Shown: piece after piece, positions 27,986-37,327 of the stretch
Position numbering within the stretch: position 1 is the stretch's first letter
Layout: the number at the start of each line of letters is the position of its first letter
Origin: Candidatus Forterrea multitransposorum CG_2015-17_Forterrea_25_41
GTDB taxonomy: Archaea > Iainarchaeota > Iainarchaeia > Iainarchaeales > CSSED10-239
DNA: 64,000 nt
Direction of reading: 5' to 3'
Assembly (NCBI GenBank): GCA_009392915.1
Contig: CP045477.1
Span: 416,001 to 480,000 of the forward strand
Notes under the pieces: model-generated
Seen by the model: only the letters and a program-made list of their open reading frames with translations
The model's database searches: none
What the model was told of the DNA's origin: nothing
Made by a program: the position numbers and the translations under genes

Positions 27986-28732
27986 TTATACTTCCATTCT
28001 TGAAAATAATTTACTTGCAATTACAACAGAAAATATCATAAGTGTAATTAATATAATAATACTAATAACTACTGAAAAAGAATTAATTCCAATTAAAAAA
28101 TATCTAATTAAATCAACAGCATAAGTTAATGGGTTTAAAGAAGTAATTATTGAAATTGCTTTTGGAAGATTATCTAAAGGAAATAAAGCCCCTGATAAAA
28201 AAAATAAAGGCATTACTAAAAGATTCATCAGTAATTGAAAACCTTGCATATCTGTTAATTTAGAAGCAATTGCAGTTCCAATTGCTGTAAAAAGAATAGC
28301 TGTAATTAACATTGAAATAATAGATAATAAAGCAAACCAAACATTAAATATCTTAAATCCAAATAATAAAGAAATTAAAAGAATAATTATTCCTTGCATA
28401 ACAGCAATTGTAGCTCCACCTAATACCTTTCCAATCATTATTTTAAGTCTTGAAACAGGAGCAACTAATGTTTCTTTTAAAAAACCAAATTGCTTATCCC
28501 ATATAAGTTCAATTCCAGAAAATATTGATGAAAATAAAACACTCATAGAAATTATTCCAGGAACTAAAAATTGAAGATAACTTCCTTGACCTGCTTGTTC
28601 AAAAACAGGACCAAAACCAAAACCAAAAGCAACTAAAAAAAGTAAAGGTTGTGCAAAAGATCCTATAACTCTAGATTTATTTCTATAAAATCTTTTCAAT
28701 TGTCTTTGCCATAGAATATATACTGTGTTCAT
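27986..28732 (-). CDS. ABC-2 type transporter permease.
   Basis: Six TM helices. Lies immediately downstream of a DrrA-like ATPase. Confidence 0.65.
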   Translation of the reverse strand: MNTVYILWQRQLKRFYRNKSRVIGSFAQPLLFLVAFGFGFGPVFEQAGQGSYLQFLVPGIISMSVLFSSIFSGIELIWDKQFGFLKETLVAPVSRLKIMIGKVLGGATIAVMQGIIILLISLLFGFKIFNVWFALLSIISMLITAILFTAIGTAIASKLTDMQGFQLLMNLLVMPLFFLSGALFPLDNLPKAISIITSLNPLTYAVDLIRYFLIGINSFSVVISIIILITLMIFSVVIASKLFSRMEV

Positions 28733-28746
28733 AATTAATTCAAATT

Positions 28747-29535
28747 TTATTTTCTAGAGTGAAGTTTTCTTCCAAGTCTCATTCTATCAAGATTACTTGC
28801 TTCTTCTTCTCTTATGTTATAACCTGTAATCTTAATAAAAGCGTCTTCTAAACTTTTTGTTTTAGTTTTTTTAAGAATTTCTTTAATATTACCTGTTGTA
28901 ATTATTTTTCCTTTATCAATAATTGAAACTTTTTTTGCAACTTTTTCAACTTCGTCCATATAATGTGTTGTAAAAAAGATTGTTGTTTTTTCAGATTTAT
29001 TAATCTTTAAGATATATTCCCAGATATGTTTTCTTGTCTGAGGATCAAGACCTACTGTAGGTTCATCTAAAAATAATATTTTTGGAACATGTAAAAGCCC
29101 TCTTGCAATTTCAAGTCTTCTTTTCATTCCTCCAGAAAAAGTTGAAACATAATCGTCTTTCCTTTCATAAAGTTCAACAATATTTAATAATTTTTTTATT
29201 CTTTCCTCAATTTCTATTTTAGGAACTTTATATAAAACTGCATGTATTTTCATGTTTTCATAAGCAGTTAACTCATCATCAACACTAGGATCTTGAAAAA
29301 CAATACCAAAAGATTCTCGAACCTTCTTTGAATCTTTAAAAATATCAAAACCATTTAAAGAAACATTACCAGATGTTGGTTTTAAAATAGTTGTAAGCAT
29401 TTTTATAGTAGTTGATTTACCAGCACCATTTGGTCCTAAAAAAGCAAAGATTTCTCCTTTACTAACTTCAAGAGAAATATTATCAACAACTTTAGTTTTA
29501 CCATAAACTTTTGTAAGATTTTTAATTTTTATCAT
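28747..29535 (-). CDS. ABC transporter ATP-binding protein (ABC-2/DrrA-like).
   Basis: GPNGAGKST, FSGGMKRRLEIARGL, LFLDEPTVGLD. Confidence 0.85.
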   Translation of the reverse strand: MIKIKNLTKVYGKTKVVDNISLEVSKGEIFAFLGPNGAGKSTTIKMLTTILKPTSGNVSLNGFDIFKDSKKVRESFGIVFQDPSVDDELTAYENMKIHAVLYKVPKIEIEERIKKLLNIVELYERKDDYVSTFSGGMKRRLEIARGLLHVPKILFLDEPTVGLDPQTRKHIWEYILKINKSEKTTIFFTTHYMDEVEKVAKKVSIIDKGKIITTGNIKEILKKTKTKSLEDAFIKITGYNIREEEASNLDRMRLGRKLHSRK

Positions 29536-29586
29536 AAATAATCATTTTAAATAATAAAGTATACGTGAAAAAGAATATATTAGTAA

Positions 29587-30681
29587 CTATTTAAAAGAAT
29601 TAATGATTCCTCCACCTAAACAAACCTTTCCTTTATAAAAAACACAAAATTGCCCTATAGTTACAAATTTTTGTGAATTTTTAAAAACAACTCTCAAGGT
29701 TTTATTTTTTAAGTTAGGATAAACAATAGCATCTTGTTTTTCTTGACCATACCTTATCTTTACTTTTAATTTAATTTCTTTTTCTTTTAATATTTCATTT
29801 CCAGAAATAAAACTATAATCAGTAACAACTATTTCCTTTGAGAAAAGAGGAGTTTGCTTTTTTGTAACATAGATAATGTTTTTATTCCTATTAAAATCTT
29901 TTACAAAATATTTTTCAGGAAAACCTAGACCTTTTCTCTGTCCTCTAGTGTAAAACCATAAGCCTTTATGCTGTCCAAGATATCTTCCTTCATCATCATA
30001 AATAGGTCCTGGATTTTCTCCTAAACTTTCCTTAATAAACTCTGTTAAAGAGCTTCTATGTGCAAAACAAAAGTCTTGACTTTGTTTCTTTTTAACAAAA
30101 ATATCTAAATTATTTTCTCCAGCAACAAGACAAACTTCTTCTTTTGTAAAAGAAGAGACTGGAAACTCTAATCTTTTTATCCACTCTTGTGGAAGCATGG
30201 AAAGCATATATGTCTGATCCTTAAACTTATCTTTAGGTTCTATAAGTTGATAAGTTTTAAGTCTTTTGTTATATCTTTTAGATGCAAAATGACCAGTTGC
30301 AACTTTCTCAATACCATGTATATTCCCCCATTCAATTAAATGTTTTATTTTATGCTCTAAGTTACAATGAATACATGGATTTGGAACTCTTCCATTCTTT
30401 AGCTCTTTTAAAAAATATTTTACAACAGTTTCTTTAAATTCTTTTTTAACATCATAGATATGGTGCTCTATTCCTAAGTCCTTACAGACTAAAGAAACTA
30501 AGTTTAATGAATCAATTGTACAACAAGCATTTTCTGTATCAATATTTTTAGAACTATCCCATATTGGTAAAGCTAAAGATACAGCTATAGGTGTATATCC
30601 TTGTTTTTTAAGTAAAACTAAGGAAACCATAGAGTCAACTCCACCAGAGACTCCAACAACAATTCTTTTATCTTTTTCCAT
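29587..30681 (-). CDS. mnmA: tRNA-specific 2-thiouridylase MnmA-like.
   Basis: PP-loop VVGVSGGVDSMV, internal Cys residues, and a C-terminal GQFCVFYKGKVCLGGGII matching the MnmA C-terminus. Confidence 0.6.
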   Translation of the reverse strand: MEKDKRIVVGVSGGVDSMVSLVLLKKQGYTPIAVSLALPIWDSSKNIDTENACCTIDSLNLVSLVCKDLGIEHHIYDVKKEFKETVVKYFLKELKNGRVPNPCIHCNLEHKIKHLIEWGNIHGIEKVATGHFASKRYNKRLKTYQLIEPKDKFKDQTYMLSMLPQEWIKRLEFPVSSFTKEEVCLVAGENNLDIFVKKKQSQDFCFAHRSSLTEFIKESLGENPGPIYDDEGRYLGQHKGLWFYTRGQRKGLGFPEKYFVKDFNRNKNIIYVTKKQTPLFSKEIVVTDYSFISGNEILKEKEIKLKVKIRYGQEKQDAIVYPNLKNKTLRVVFKNSQKFVTIGQFCVFYKGKVCLGGGIINSFK

Positions 30682-30761
30682 ATTTAAAAAAACCTTATAC
30701 CTTTAAATAAACTTTCATCTTATATACTATTATAACAAAATATTTGAGGTGAAATTAAATT

Positions 30762-31040
30762 ATGACATATGAAGAAACATCAAAACTTTCTGAAAAAACA
30801 TTAAACCTTAGAAGAGCAATTGATTCTTTAAGAGAAGAGCTTGAAGCTGTTGACTATTACCAACAAAGAGCAGATGCAACAAATGACCCTGAACTTAAGA
30901 AAATCTTAGAACATAACAGAGATGAAGAAAAGGAACATGCAGCAATGCTTATTGAGTGGCTTAGAAGAAACGATTCTCGTTTTGAAAAAGAACTTAAAGA
31001 TTATCTTTTCACAGATAAAGAGATAGGACATCACGAATAG
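30762..31040 (+). CDS. EncFtn-type (encapsulated-ferritin-like) ferroxidase-domain protein, stand-alone and without an obvious C-terminal targeting peptide.
   Basis: REELEAVDYYQQRADATNDPELKKILEHNRDEEKEHAAMLIEWLRRND closely matches the EncFtn core (EELEAVDWY.QR.DA.TDPEL..IL.HNRDEEKEHAAM.LEWLRRND). Confidence 0.6.
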   Translation: MTYEETSKLSEKTLNLRRAIDSLREELEAVDYYQQRADATNDPELKKILEHNRDEEKEHAAMLIEWLRRNDSRFEKELKDYLFTDKEIGHHE

Positions 31041-31128
31041 ATTTTTTTTATAAAAAAAATCTTTTTCTTTTTTTCTTTTTATTTTGTTTTTAAAAAAACT
31101 TAATTTTCTTTTTCCCTTAAAACAAAAA

Positions 31129-32169
31129 CTATTCTCTTGAATAATAATTTTCAAGTTCCCTTATCTGGTCAACCTTAAACTCTTTTGTCATATCTTCAAG
31201 TAAACTTACCTCTTGAGGAGTAATGATTGGTTTTTTAAAGTTTGCAAAATCATCATATGCTATTCTTGGGCATGCAGTATTAACATAACAATCTATCTTC
31301 ATACCTAAAATATATTCTTCCTTTACATAATCTGATGCAAAGAGATATACTTTTTTACCTAATTTTTCTAATTTTTCTTGAATATGTCTTGCAAACCTTA
31401 ATCTAAACTGTCCATGCTTTGAACTTACTAAAATACCAAAAGTTTTAGAAGTTAAAGCTTTTGCAACTAAACCATATCTCTGTCTTACAAATCTATCATT
31501 AATTTCTAATTTTTTAGTTTCTCTTAAAATAGGATTAATAACATAGATATCCCTTTCTTCAAAAACAAAACCTAAGTTGTTTGGATGAAAGACTCCATCT
31601 CCTATGTAAATAATAGGGTTTTCTTTATCAATAATAGTTGAAGAATCACAACCTAAAACCATATGCTTTCTAACATGCATAGTTTCTTTTGAGTCTAAGA
31701 CTTCTATTCCTGAAGAAATTAATTCTTTTTTAATTTCTAAAATATCATCTAAGAAATTAGTTGTTGTAACTAAGTTTATTTTTTTTAAGTTAAGTTTTTT
31801 AATTTCTGAAAATATAAACTCTTTTTCTTCTTTTGAAAATAAATAACCAACAGGTACAAAATAAGTATTGATCAGTGGTTTGTTCATGTAGTTATGTCCA
31901 AAATGAACTAATGCCTTACATCCAAAATCAATAGCTTCTTGGTCTTTGATATCACAAGCACCAAAGCAAGGGTCAACAAACAATACTGGTTTATAGTCTT
32001 TTAATTCTTCAAGCATTTCTGTTGCATATTGTTTTAAGCCTTCAGGTATCTGTATAGCTAGAGGAGAATCTTTTTCTACAGCTAACTTTTCTTTTAATTT
32101 TATTATTTCTTTTAATATTCTTTCTTCATACATATAATTATCACTTTTTAATATATATTTAAGGGACAA
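31129..32169 (-). CDS. dph2: Diphthamide biosynthesis protein Dph2 (2-(3-amino-3-carboxypropyl)histidine synthase).
   Basis: 346 aa with conserved Cys residues (CFGACDI...) and the Dph2 domain organisation. An archaeal/eukaryal-specific gene. Confidence 0.65.
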   Translation of the reverse strand: MSLKYILKSDNYMYEERILKEIIKLKEKLAVEKDSPLAIQIPEGLKQYATEMLEELKDYKPVLFVDPCFGACDIKDQEAIDFGCKALVHFGHNYMNKPLINTYFVPVGYLFSKEEKEFIFSEIKKLNLKKINLVTTTNFLDDILEIKKELISSGIEVLDSKETMHVRKHMVLGCDSSTIIDKENPIIYIGDGVFHPNNLGFVFEERDIYVINPILRETKKLEINDRFVRQRYGLVAKALTSKTFGILVSSKHGQFRLRFARHIQEKLEKLGKKVYLFASDYVKEEYILGMKIDCYVNTACPRIAYDDFANFKKPIITPQEVSLLEDMTKEFKVDQIRELENYYSRE

Positions 32170-32309
32170 AAATGTTTATAAATATATGATAATTAACTCA
32201 TATATTCTTATACTGAAAGAATATTTTTAAGAAAGAAATAAATACTAAAATAATCTATATTATATAACACTTATAACAAAAAAATTAAAAAAAAAGAAAA
32301 TGATAAACT

Positions 32310-33395
32310 ATGAAATCAATATTAATGATAATTACAATAATTTTAATATTCTTTGCAATATACTTTTTTGGACTTTATTTTTCAATAAACAAATTATATT
32401 TTTATTTTAATATAAAGCCTCTTTTAAACCCATTAGTAATATCTTTAGTTATCTTTGGTTTAGTTTTTTTAAGTAATTTCTTGCAAGAAAAGTTTAGTAA
32501 TTATTTAACACAAGGCCTATACAATGGTGCATATCTTTTATTTGCCTTAGCCTTGATGCTTGTTTTTGTAACTGTTATCTTAGAGGGAATAAAGTTTATC
32601 TTTAAGATAAATATCTTAAACCAGACTTTTGGTTTTATAATAATTATAGTTACTTTATTGTTATTTATCTTTTCTTTTATAAATGCCTTAAGCTATAATC
32701 AAAAGGAGATTGTTATTAAGAGTGATAAGATATTAGAAAATACAAAAATTATTCATTTATCAGACATTCATCTTTTTGGTATTAACTCTAAACATAGGTT
32801 TGAAAATGTTTATAAAAAAGCAATTAAGAATAATCCAGACTATATTGTTATTACAGGAGATTTATTTGATAGACCAGGAAAAATATCTTTAGACACTTTA
32901 GAGATTACAAATAAAAATAACATACCTGTTATCTATGCTCATGGAAACCATGACCTTATGTATGGAAAAGAAAAAGTTTTAGATATTTTAAAAGATAGTA
33001 AAGTTATAAATCTTGATACTGATATTTATATAGATGAACAAAGAAACATCACCTTTAGTGGTGTTAGGTATGATAGAGCAAATGACTTTTTAAAAAAAGA
33101 GCTTTCTAAAATAGAGATTGATGCAAATAATTATAATGTTTTATTATACCATGAACCAATTGATATTCCTGTAGCTTCTTCTAAAAAAATAGACTTAATG
33201 CTTTCAGGCCATACTCATGGTGGACAGGCTTTTCCAATAACTCTTTTAGTTAAAGCAATGTATCCTTACTATAGAGGACTTTATGAGTATCAAGATATGA
33301 AAATAATTGTAAGTCAAGGAACAAACTTTTGGGGTCCTAAAATACGTTTAGGAACAAGAAATGAGATAATAACTATTAAACTTGAGAAGATATGA
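32310..33395 (+). CDS. Membrane-anchored metallophosphoesterase (calcineurin-like).
   Basis: N-terminal TM helices, then IIHLSDIHLFG, ITGDLFD, GNHD and GHTHGG motifs. Confidence 0.75.
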   Translation: MKSILMIITIILIFFAIYFFGLYFSINKLYFYFNIKPLLNPLVISLVIFGLVFLSNFLQEKFSNYLTQGLYNGAYLLFALALMLVFVTVILEGIKFIFKINILNQTFGFIIIIVTLLLFIFSFINALSYNQKEIVIKSDKILENTKIIHLSDIHLFGINSKHRFENVYKKAIKNNPDYIVITGDLFDRPGKISLDTLEITNKNNIPVIYAHGNHDLMYGKEKVLDILKDSKVINLDTDIYIDEQRNITFSGVRYDRANDFLKKELSKIEIDANNYNVLLYHEPIDIPVASSKKIDLMLSGHTHGGQAFPITLLVKAMYPYYRGLYEYQDMKIIVSQGTNFWGPKIRLGTRNEIITIKLEKI

Positions 33396-33652
33396 ATGAA
33401 CATTTAACTGAAGTTAAAGATTATCCTAGAAGCTTAAAGGAACTTGCAAATGAGGTTGGTTTTCTAAGGTATAAAGAAACAGCTGAATTTTTAGAATATC
33501 TAAAAGAGAATATTAAGGAACAATCAATTGCTGATTTTAAAAAGGATAGAAAAAAGTTATCCCAAAGATTAGAAGAATGTTCTAAGCATTTAGAGAATGC
33601 AAGAAAAGAAATGGAAGAAGCTTGGAATATCTGCGAGCCTTATATGAAATAA
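33392..33652 (+). CDS. Hypothetical small protein.
   Basis: An ORF with a 4-nt overlap to the upstream gene. Helical and charged. Confidence 0.3.
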   Translation: MNEHLTEVKDYPRSLKELANEVGFLRYKETAEFLEYLKENIKEQSIADFKKDRKKLSQRLEECSKHLENARKEMEEAWNICEPYMK

Positions 33653-33840
33653 TTTTAAAAGAGATTATCCAAATAATTTAACTAGTTCTTTTTTACTCAT
33701 TTTTTTAAAACCATATTTTTTAATATGTTTATTTTGAATATCATTAAGCTTTTGTATATATTCTTCTTTAGGAATAGTTTTAGACTTAATATTGTTTTTC
33801 ATAATTTACATCGGATACATATTATTTATTTTAATAAATT

Positions 33841-35403
33841 TTATTTTCTAATATCTTTCTTTCTTAAAAGCCTATTGTAAGTTATAGCAAACCTATGAGT
33901 CTCATCTCTTATCCTCTGTAAAAGCTTTAAAGCTTTTGATTTTCTTGAAAGCTTAAGAGGAATTAAATTATCTTCTAAAAAGATTTCTTCTTCTTTTTTT
34001 GCAAGAGAGATTAAATTTACTTTTTTATAAAGGTTTAAAGAATCAATTGCTTTCTTAGCAGAAGATAATTGCCCTTTTCCACCATCAATAACAATTAGAT
34101 CAGGAAAATCTTTACCTTCTTTTAAAAGTCTTAAATATCTTCTTTTAACAATCTCTTCAATTGCTAGAAAATCATTATTTCCTTCAAAAGATTTAATCTT
34201 AAATCTTCTATATTCTTTTTTATTTTCTCTTCCCTCTTTAAACTGAACCATAGAACCTACAGTAAACTTTCCTGAAAGATGAGAGATATCAAAACATTCA
34301 ATAACTTTTGGAATTTCTTTTAAAGATAAAGCATTTTTAAGTTCTTCTAAAGCAAAAGTGTTTTCTAAAAATTTAATCTCTATGTTCTTATATGCAAAAT
34401 CTAGAAGTTCTTTTTTTTCTCCAGTCTTTGGAACTATTAATTTTATTTTTTTATTTTTCTTTTTAAAATAATCAATAGTTGATTGTTCTGGAAGATAAGG
34501 TAAAATTATTTCAAGAGATTCTTTCTTTTCTAAATATTTATCTAAAATAAAATCATCTAAAATAGTTTCTTCTTCAAAAACATCTAAAGTATATTCTCTT
34601 TTGTTAACTAAGATTCCTTTTGAAATATTAAATATTACAAAATAAGCTTTATTCTTATGTAAAATATAATTAACTAAATCTTGATTATATGTTTTTGTTT
34701 TTTCAACATTTTGTTTTAAAGATAAATAATCAATGGCATTTATCTGATCTCTTAAAACTAAAGCAGACTCAAAATTATTTTCTTTTGAAAAAAATTCCAT
34801 TCTCTCTTTTAAACTTTTTAAAACATCTTCAGTTTTTCCTTTTAAAAGAGAAGAGATTGTTTCAATAGTTTGAAGATATTCTTCTTTTGATATTTTATTT
34901 ATGCAAGGAGCAGAACATTGTCCTATATGGTATCTTATACAAGGTGTTTTAGGTAAAGTTTTACATGTTCTTAGTTTAAAATATTTATTTATATATTTTA
35001 AAAGATTATCTCGTTTTTCAGCAGAAGTAAATGGTCCAAAAGCTATTTGATAATCTTTTGGTTTTTCTCTTAAAATAAATAATCTTGGGAAAGCTTCTTT
35101 GGTTAAGGAAAGATAAGAGTATTCTTTTGAGTCTTTAAAGATGATGTTGTACCTTGGTTTATGCTTCTTAATTAAATTGTTTTCTAAAAGAAGTGCCTCA
35201 AGTTCGTTTTTTGTAACTATAAAGTCAATTGAGGAGATGTTTTCAACTAAAGCCCTAGTCTTTGGGTCTAAATCTTCTTTTGTAAAGTAACTTGTAACTC
35301 TTTTTTTTAAGTTTTTAGCTTTACCTATATAGATTATCATGTTATTTTTATCTTTATAAAGATAACAACCAGGTTCTATAGGTATTTTTGATAGGTCAAG
35401 CAT
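33841..35403 (-). CDS. uvrC: Excinuclease ABC subunit C (UvrC).
   Basis: N-terminal GIY-YIG (GCYLYKDKNNMIIYIGKAKNLKKRVTSYF), a Cys-rich UvrBC region, a C-terminal RNase H-like/HhH region; length 520 aa. Confidence 0.8.
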   Translation of the reverse strand: MLDLSKIPIEPGCYLYKDKNNMIIYIGKAKNLKKRVTSYFTKEDLDPKTRALVENISSIDFIVTKNELEALLLENNLIKKHKPRYNIIFKDSKEYSYLSLTKEAFPRLFILREKPKDYQIAFGPFTSAEKRDNLLKYINKYFKLRTCKTLPKTPCIRYHIGQCSAPCINKISKEEYLQTIETISSLLKGKTEDVLKSLKERMEFFSKENNFESALVLRDQINAIDYLSLKQNVEKTKTYNQDLVNYILHKNKAYFVIFNISKGILVNKREYTLDVFEEETILDDFILDKYLEKKESLEIILPYLPEQSTIDYFKKKNKKIKLIVPKTGEKKELLDFAYKNIEIKFLENTFALEELKNALSLKEIPKVIECFDISHLSGKFTVGSMVQFKEGRENKKEYRRFKIKSFEGNNDFLAIEEIVKRRYLRLLKEGKDFPDLIVIDGGKGQLSSAKKAIDSLNLYKKVNLISLAKKEEEIFLEDNLIPLKLSRKSKALKLLQRIRDETHRFAITYNRLLRKKDIRK

Positions 35404-35437
35404 AAATATATAGTTAAGAGAAACATTATAAAAATAG

Positions 35438-36541
35438 TTATCTTGGTCTTTTTGGTCTCTTTATCATTGGGTAACCTTTTGAAGGTTTAATTCTTTTAAG
35501 TTTAAAATCTTTAGAAAATAATCTTTTAAGAAAGCTTTCTTTTTTAACTTTTTGTTTTTCTTTTTTTATTTTTTCTACTTTGTTATTTTCACTAACTTTT
35601 TCTTTTTTAACTTCTTCTTTTGGTCTTAATAATCTTAAATCTTTTTCTTTAATATCTAAAACTTTTTTATTTTTTGTTTTTCCTAAAAGATAATTAATTT
35701 CAATATAAAGACCAGCTTTATTTCTATTTGAAACATTTCTATGAAGATATAGTTCTAATTTTTCATTAGGTGCATAATAAAGAGCATAATTTCCAAAAGG
35801 AATCATTTTTCCATTTTTAGTATGTTCAAAACCAAATTGAACCATAGGCATAAATAAAACTTTTCCTTCTTTTATTTGTGTATGCCCTTGAATGGATAAA
35901 AATTGAGAGGATCTATTATTAGTGTATTTAAGACCAGAAGAATAAACTCCTTCTTGAAATTTAAAATCTAAAATTCCTTCATAACTTGTAATTTTTCCTT
36001 GATCTATTTTTATTGATGCTCCAGCACCTATTTTTTTAGAAGTAACTGAAGATTGTAAAGAGGTTTTATCTAAAGGTTTAATATCTTTTAAAACAAAATT
36101 TGAAATTTCTTTTGAAAAACCAAGTCTTACATCTAAAGGTGTTTTTAAAAGTTTTGATAAATAAAGAGTTGAATAGATTCTTGCAAAAGTTAACTCTGGA
36201 ACTAATTTTCCATTTAAATAAAGATTATTTTTCCCAACTTCAACTGCAAAATTATATTGATTATCTTTTTTAAATTTTTTTCCAAATCTATATTCAAATG
36301 CTTGTTCTATAAATTTTTTAGAAGAAGAATCTGCTTCAAAACCATATGTTTTTGAAGAAAAAACATGTCCTTCTTTATAGATTGTAGGATATAGTTCAGT
36401 TGGGCTTATAAACTGTAAAGATTGAGCAGATATTTTTTGAGAACCAACTATAAGAGATCCAGAAACAGCTAAAGCTGTTAAAATTTTCTTTGGATCTTTT
36501 AAAAAAGATTTAATAAATGTAACTGGTTCTTTAAATTGCAT
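35438..36541 (-). CDS. Hypothetical secreted/membrane-associated beta-rich protein with a highly basic C-terminal tail.
   Basis: Hydrophobic segment near the N-terminus, alternating beta-like pattern, and a K/R-rich C-terminus. Confidence 0.3.
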   Translation of the reverse strand: MQFKEPVTFIKSFLKDPKKILTALAVSGSLIVGSQKISAQSLQFISPTELYPTIYKEGHVFSSKTYGFEADSSSKKFIEQAFEYRFGKKFKKDNQYNFAVEVGKNNLYLNGKLVPELTFARIYSTLYLSKLLKTPLDVRLGFSKEISNFVLKDIKPLDKTSLQSSVTSKKIGAGASIKIDQGKITSYEGILDFKFQEGVYSSGLKYTNNRSSQFLSIQGHTQIKEGKVLFMPMVQFGFEHTKNGKMIPFGNYALYYAPNEKLELYLHRNVSNRNKAGLYIEINYLLGKTKNKKVLDIKEKDLRLLRPKEEVKKEKVSENNKVEKIKKEKQKVKKESFLKRLFSKDFKLKRIKPSKGYPMIKRPKRPR

Positions 36542-36724
36542 GATTAATTACTTATTTATATATTATATATAATATATAGAAACAGACATTTAAATATTTA
36601 ATGCTTTATTTTATTAAAAAATAGATATAAATCTTCAAAAATATAATAAATTTAGAAAAAAATAAGAATCAAAACCTTTAAACACTTTCTTACATAATAT
36701 AGTTATTAAGAAAAATTTAGAAGA

Positions 36725-37324
36725 ATGATAATTATGAAAAAAATTAAAGAAAAATTTAACCTAAAACATGAAACTAAAAAACATACGTTAAGAAAATTCA
36801 TTCTAGTTTTTTTAGTATTAATTACATATTTTTTAATAACTTCTTTAAAAATTGGTTTTAAAGAAGGAATTTCAATAACATTATTAACATGGTCTTTTTT
36901 TGTTTTGTCAACTCCGATTGCAGATGCTGGTTTTTTATTAGATTTTCCAATAAGATTAATTACAAAATTAAGAATGGTTTATTCAGAAATAATTGTATGG
37001 GTAATTGCAATAGCTTTAAATATTTTTTATTTTTTTACAAATCCTGAAAGTTATAATCAAACCATACTTCTATCTCTATTTAAACAAATATTATCTCAAC
37101 CATACCCTCTATGGATAATAATTATTCTATCGGGAATAGGAACTTTTCTATCAATAATATTTTTTGATGAACTAATGGATGTTAAGTATCATAAACATAG
37201 AAAAAAATATCACAAACACATTAGTAAATATCAATATATATTATTTGTATTCATTATTCTCTTAATAATTACAATATACTACTTTGTAATCAAACAACTA
37301 GGTATAAATATTCCTTTATTTTAA
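36725..37324 (+). CDS. Hypothetical polytopic membrane protein.
   Basis: Five hydrophobic helices. Confidence 0.35.
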   Translation: MIIMKKIKEKFNLKHETKKHTLRKFILVFLVLITYFLITSLKIGFKEGISITLLTWSFFVLSTPIADAGFLLDFPIRLITKLRMVYSEIIVWVIAIALNIFYFFTNPESYNQTILLSLFKQILSQPYPLWIIIILSGIGTFLSIIFFDELMDVKYHKHRKKYHKHISKYQYILFVFIILLIITIYYFVIKQLGINIPLF

Positions 37325-37327
37325 AAA

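Noticed and set aside
33665-33802. Possible 45-aa minus-strand ORF (MKNNIKSKTIPKEEYIQKLNDIQNKHIKKYGFKKMSKKELVKLFG) between uvrC and the 33392-33652 gene.
   Set aside because: No recognisable motif or RBS. In an AT-rich intergenic region it could easily be chance. Not listed as a feature.
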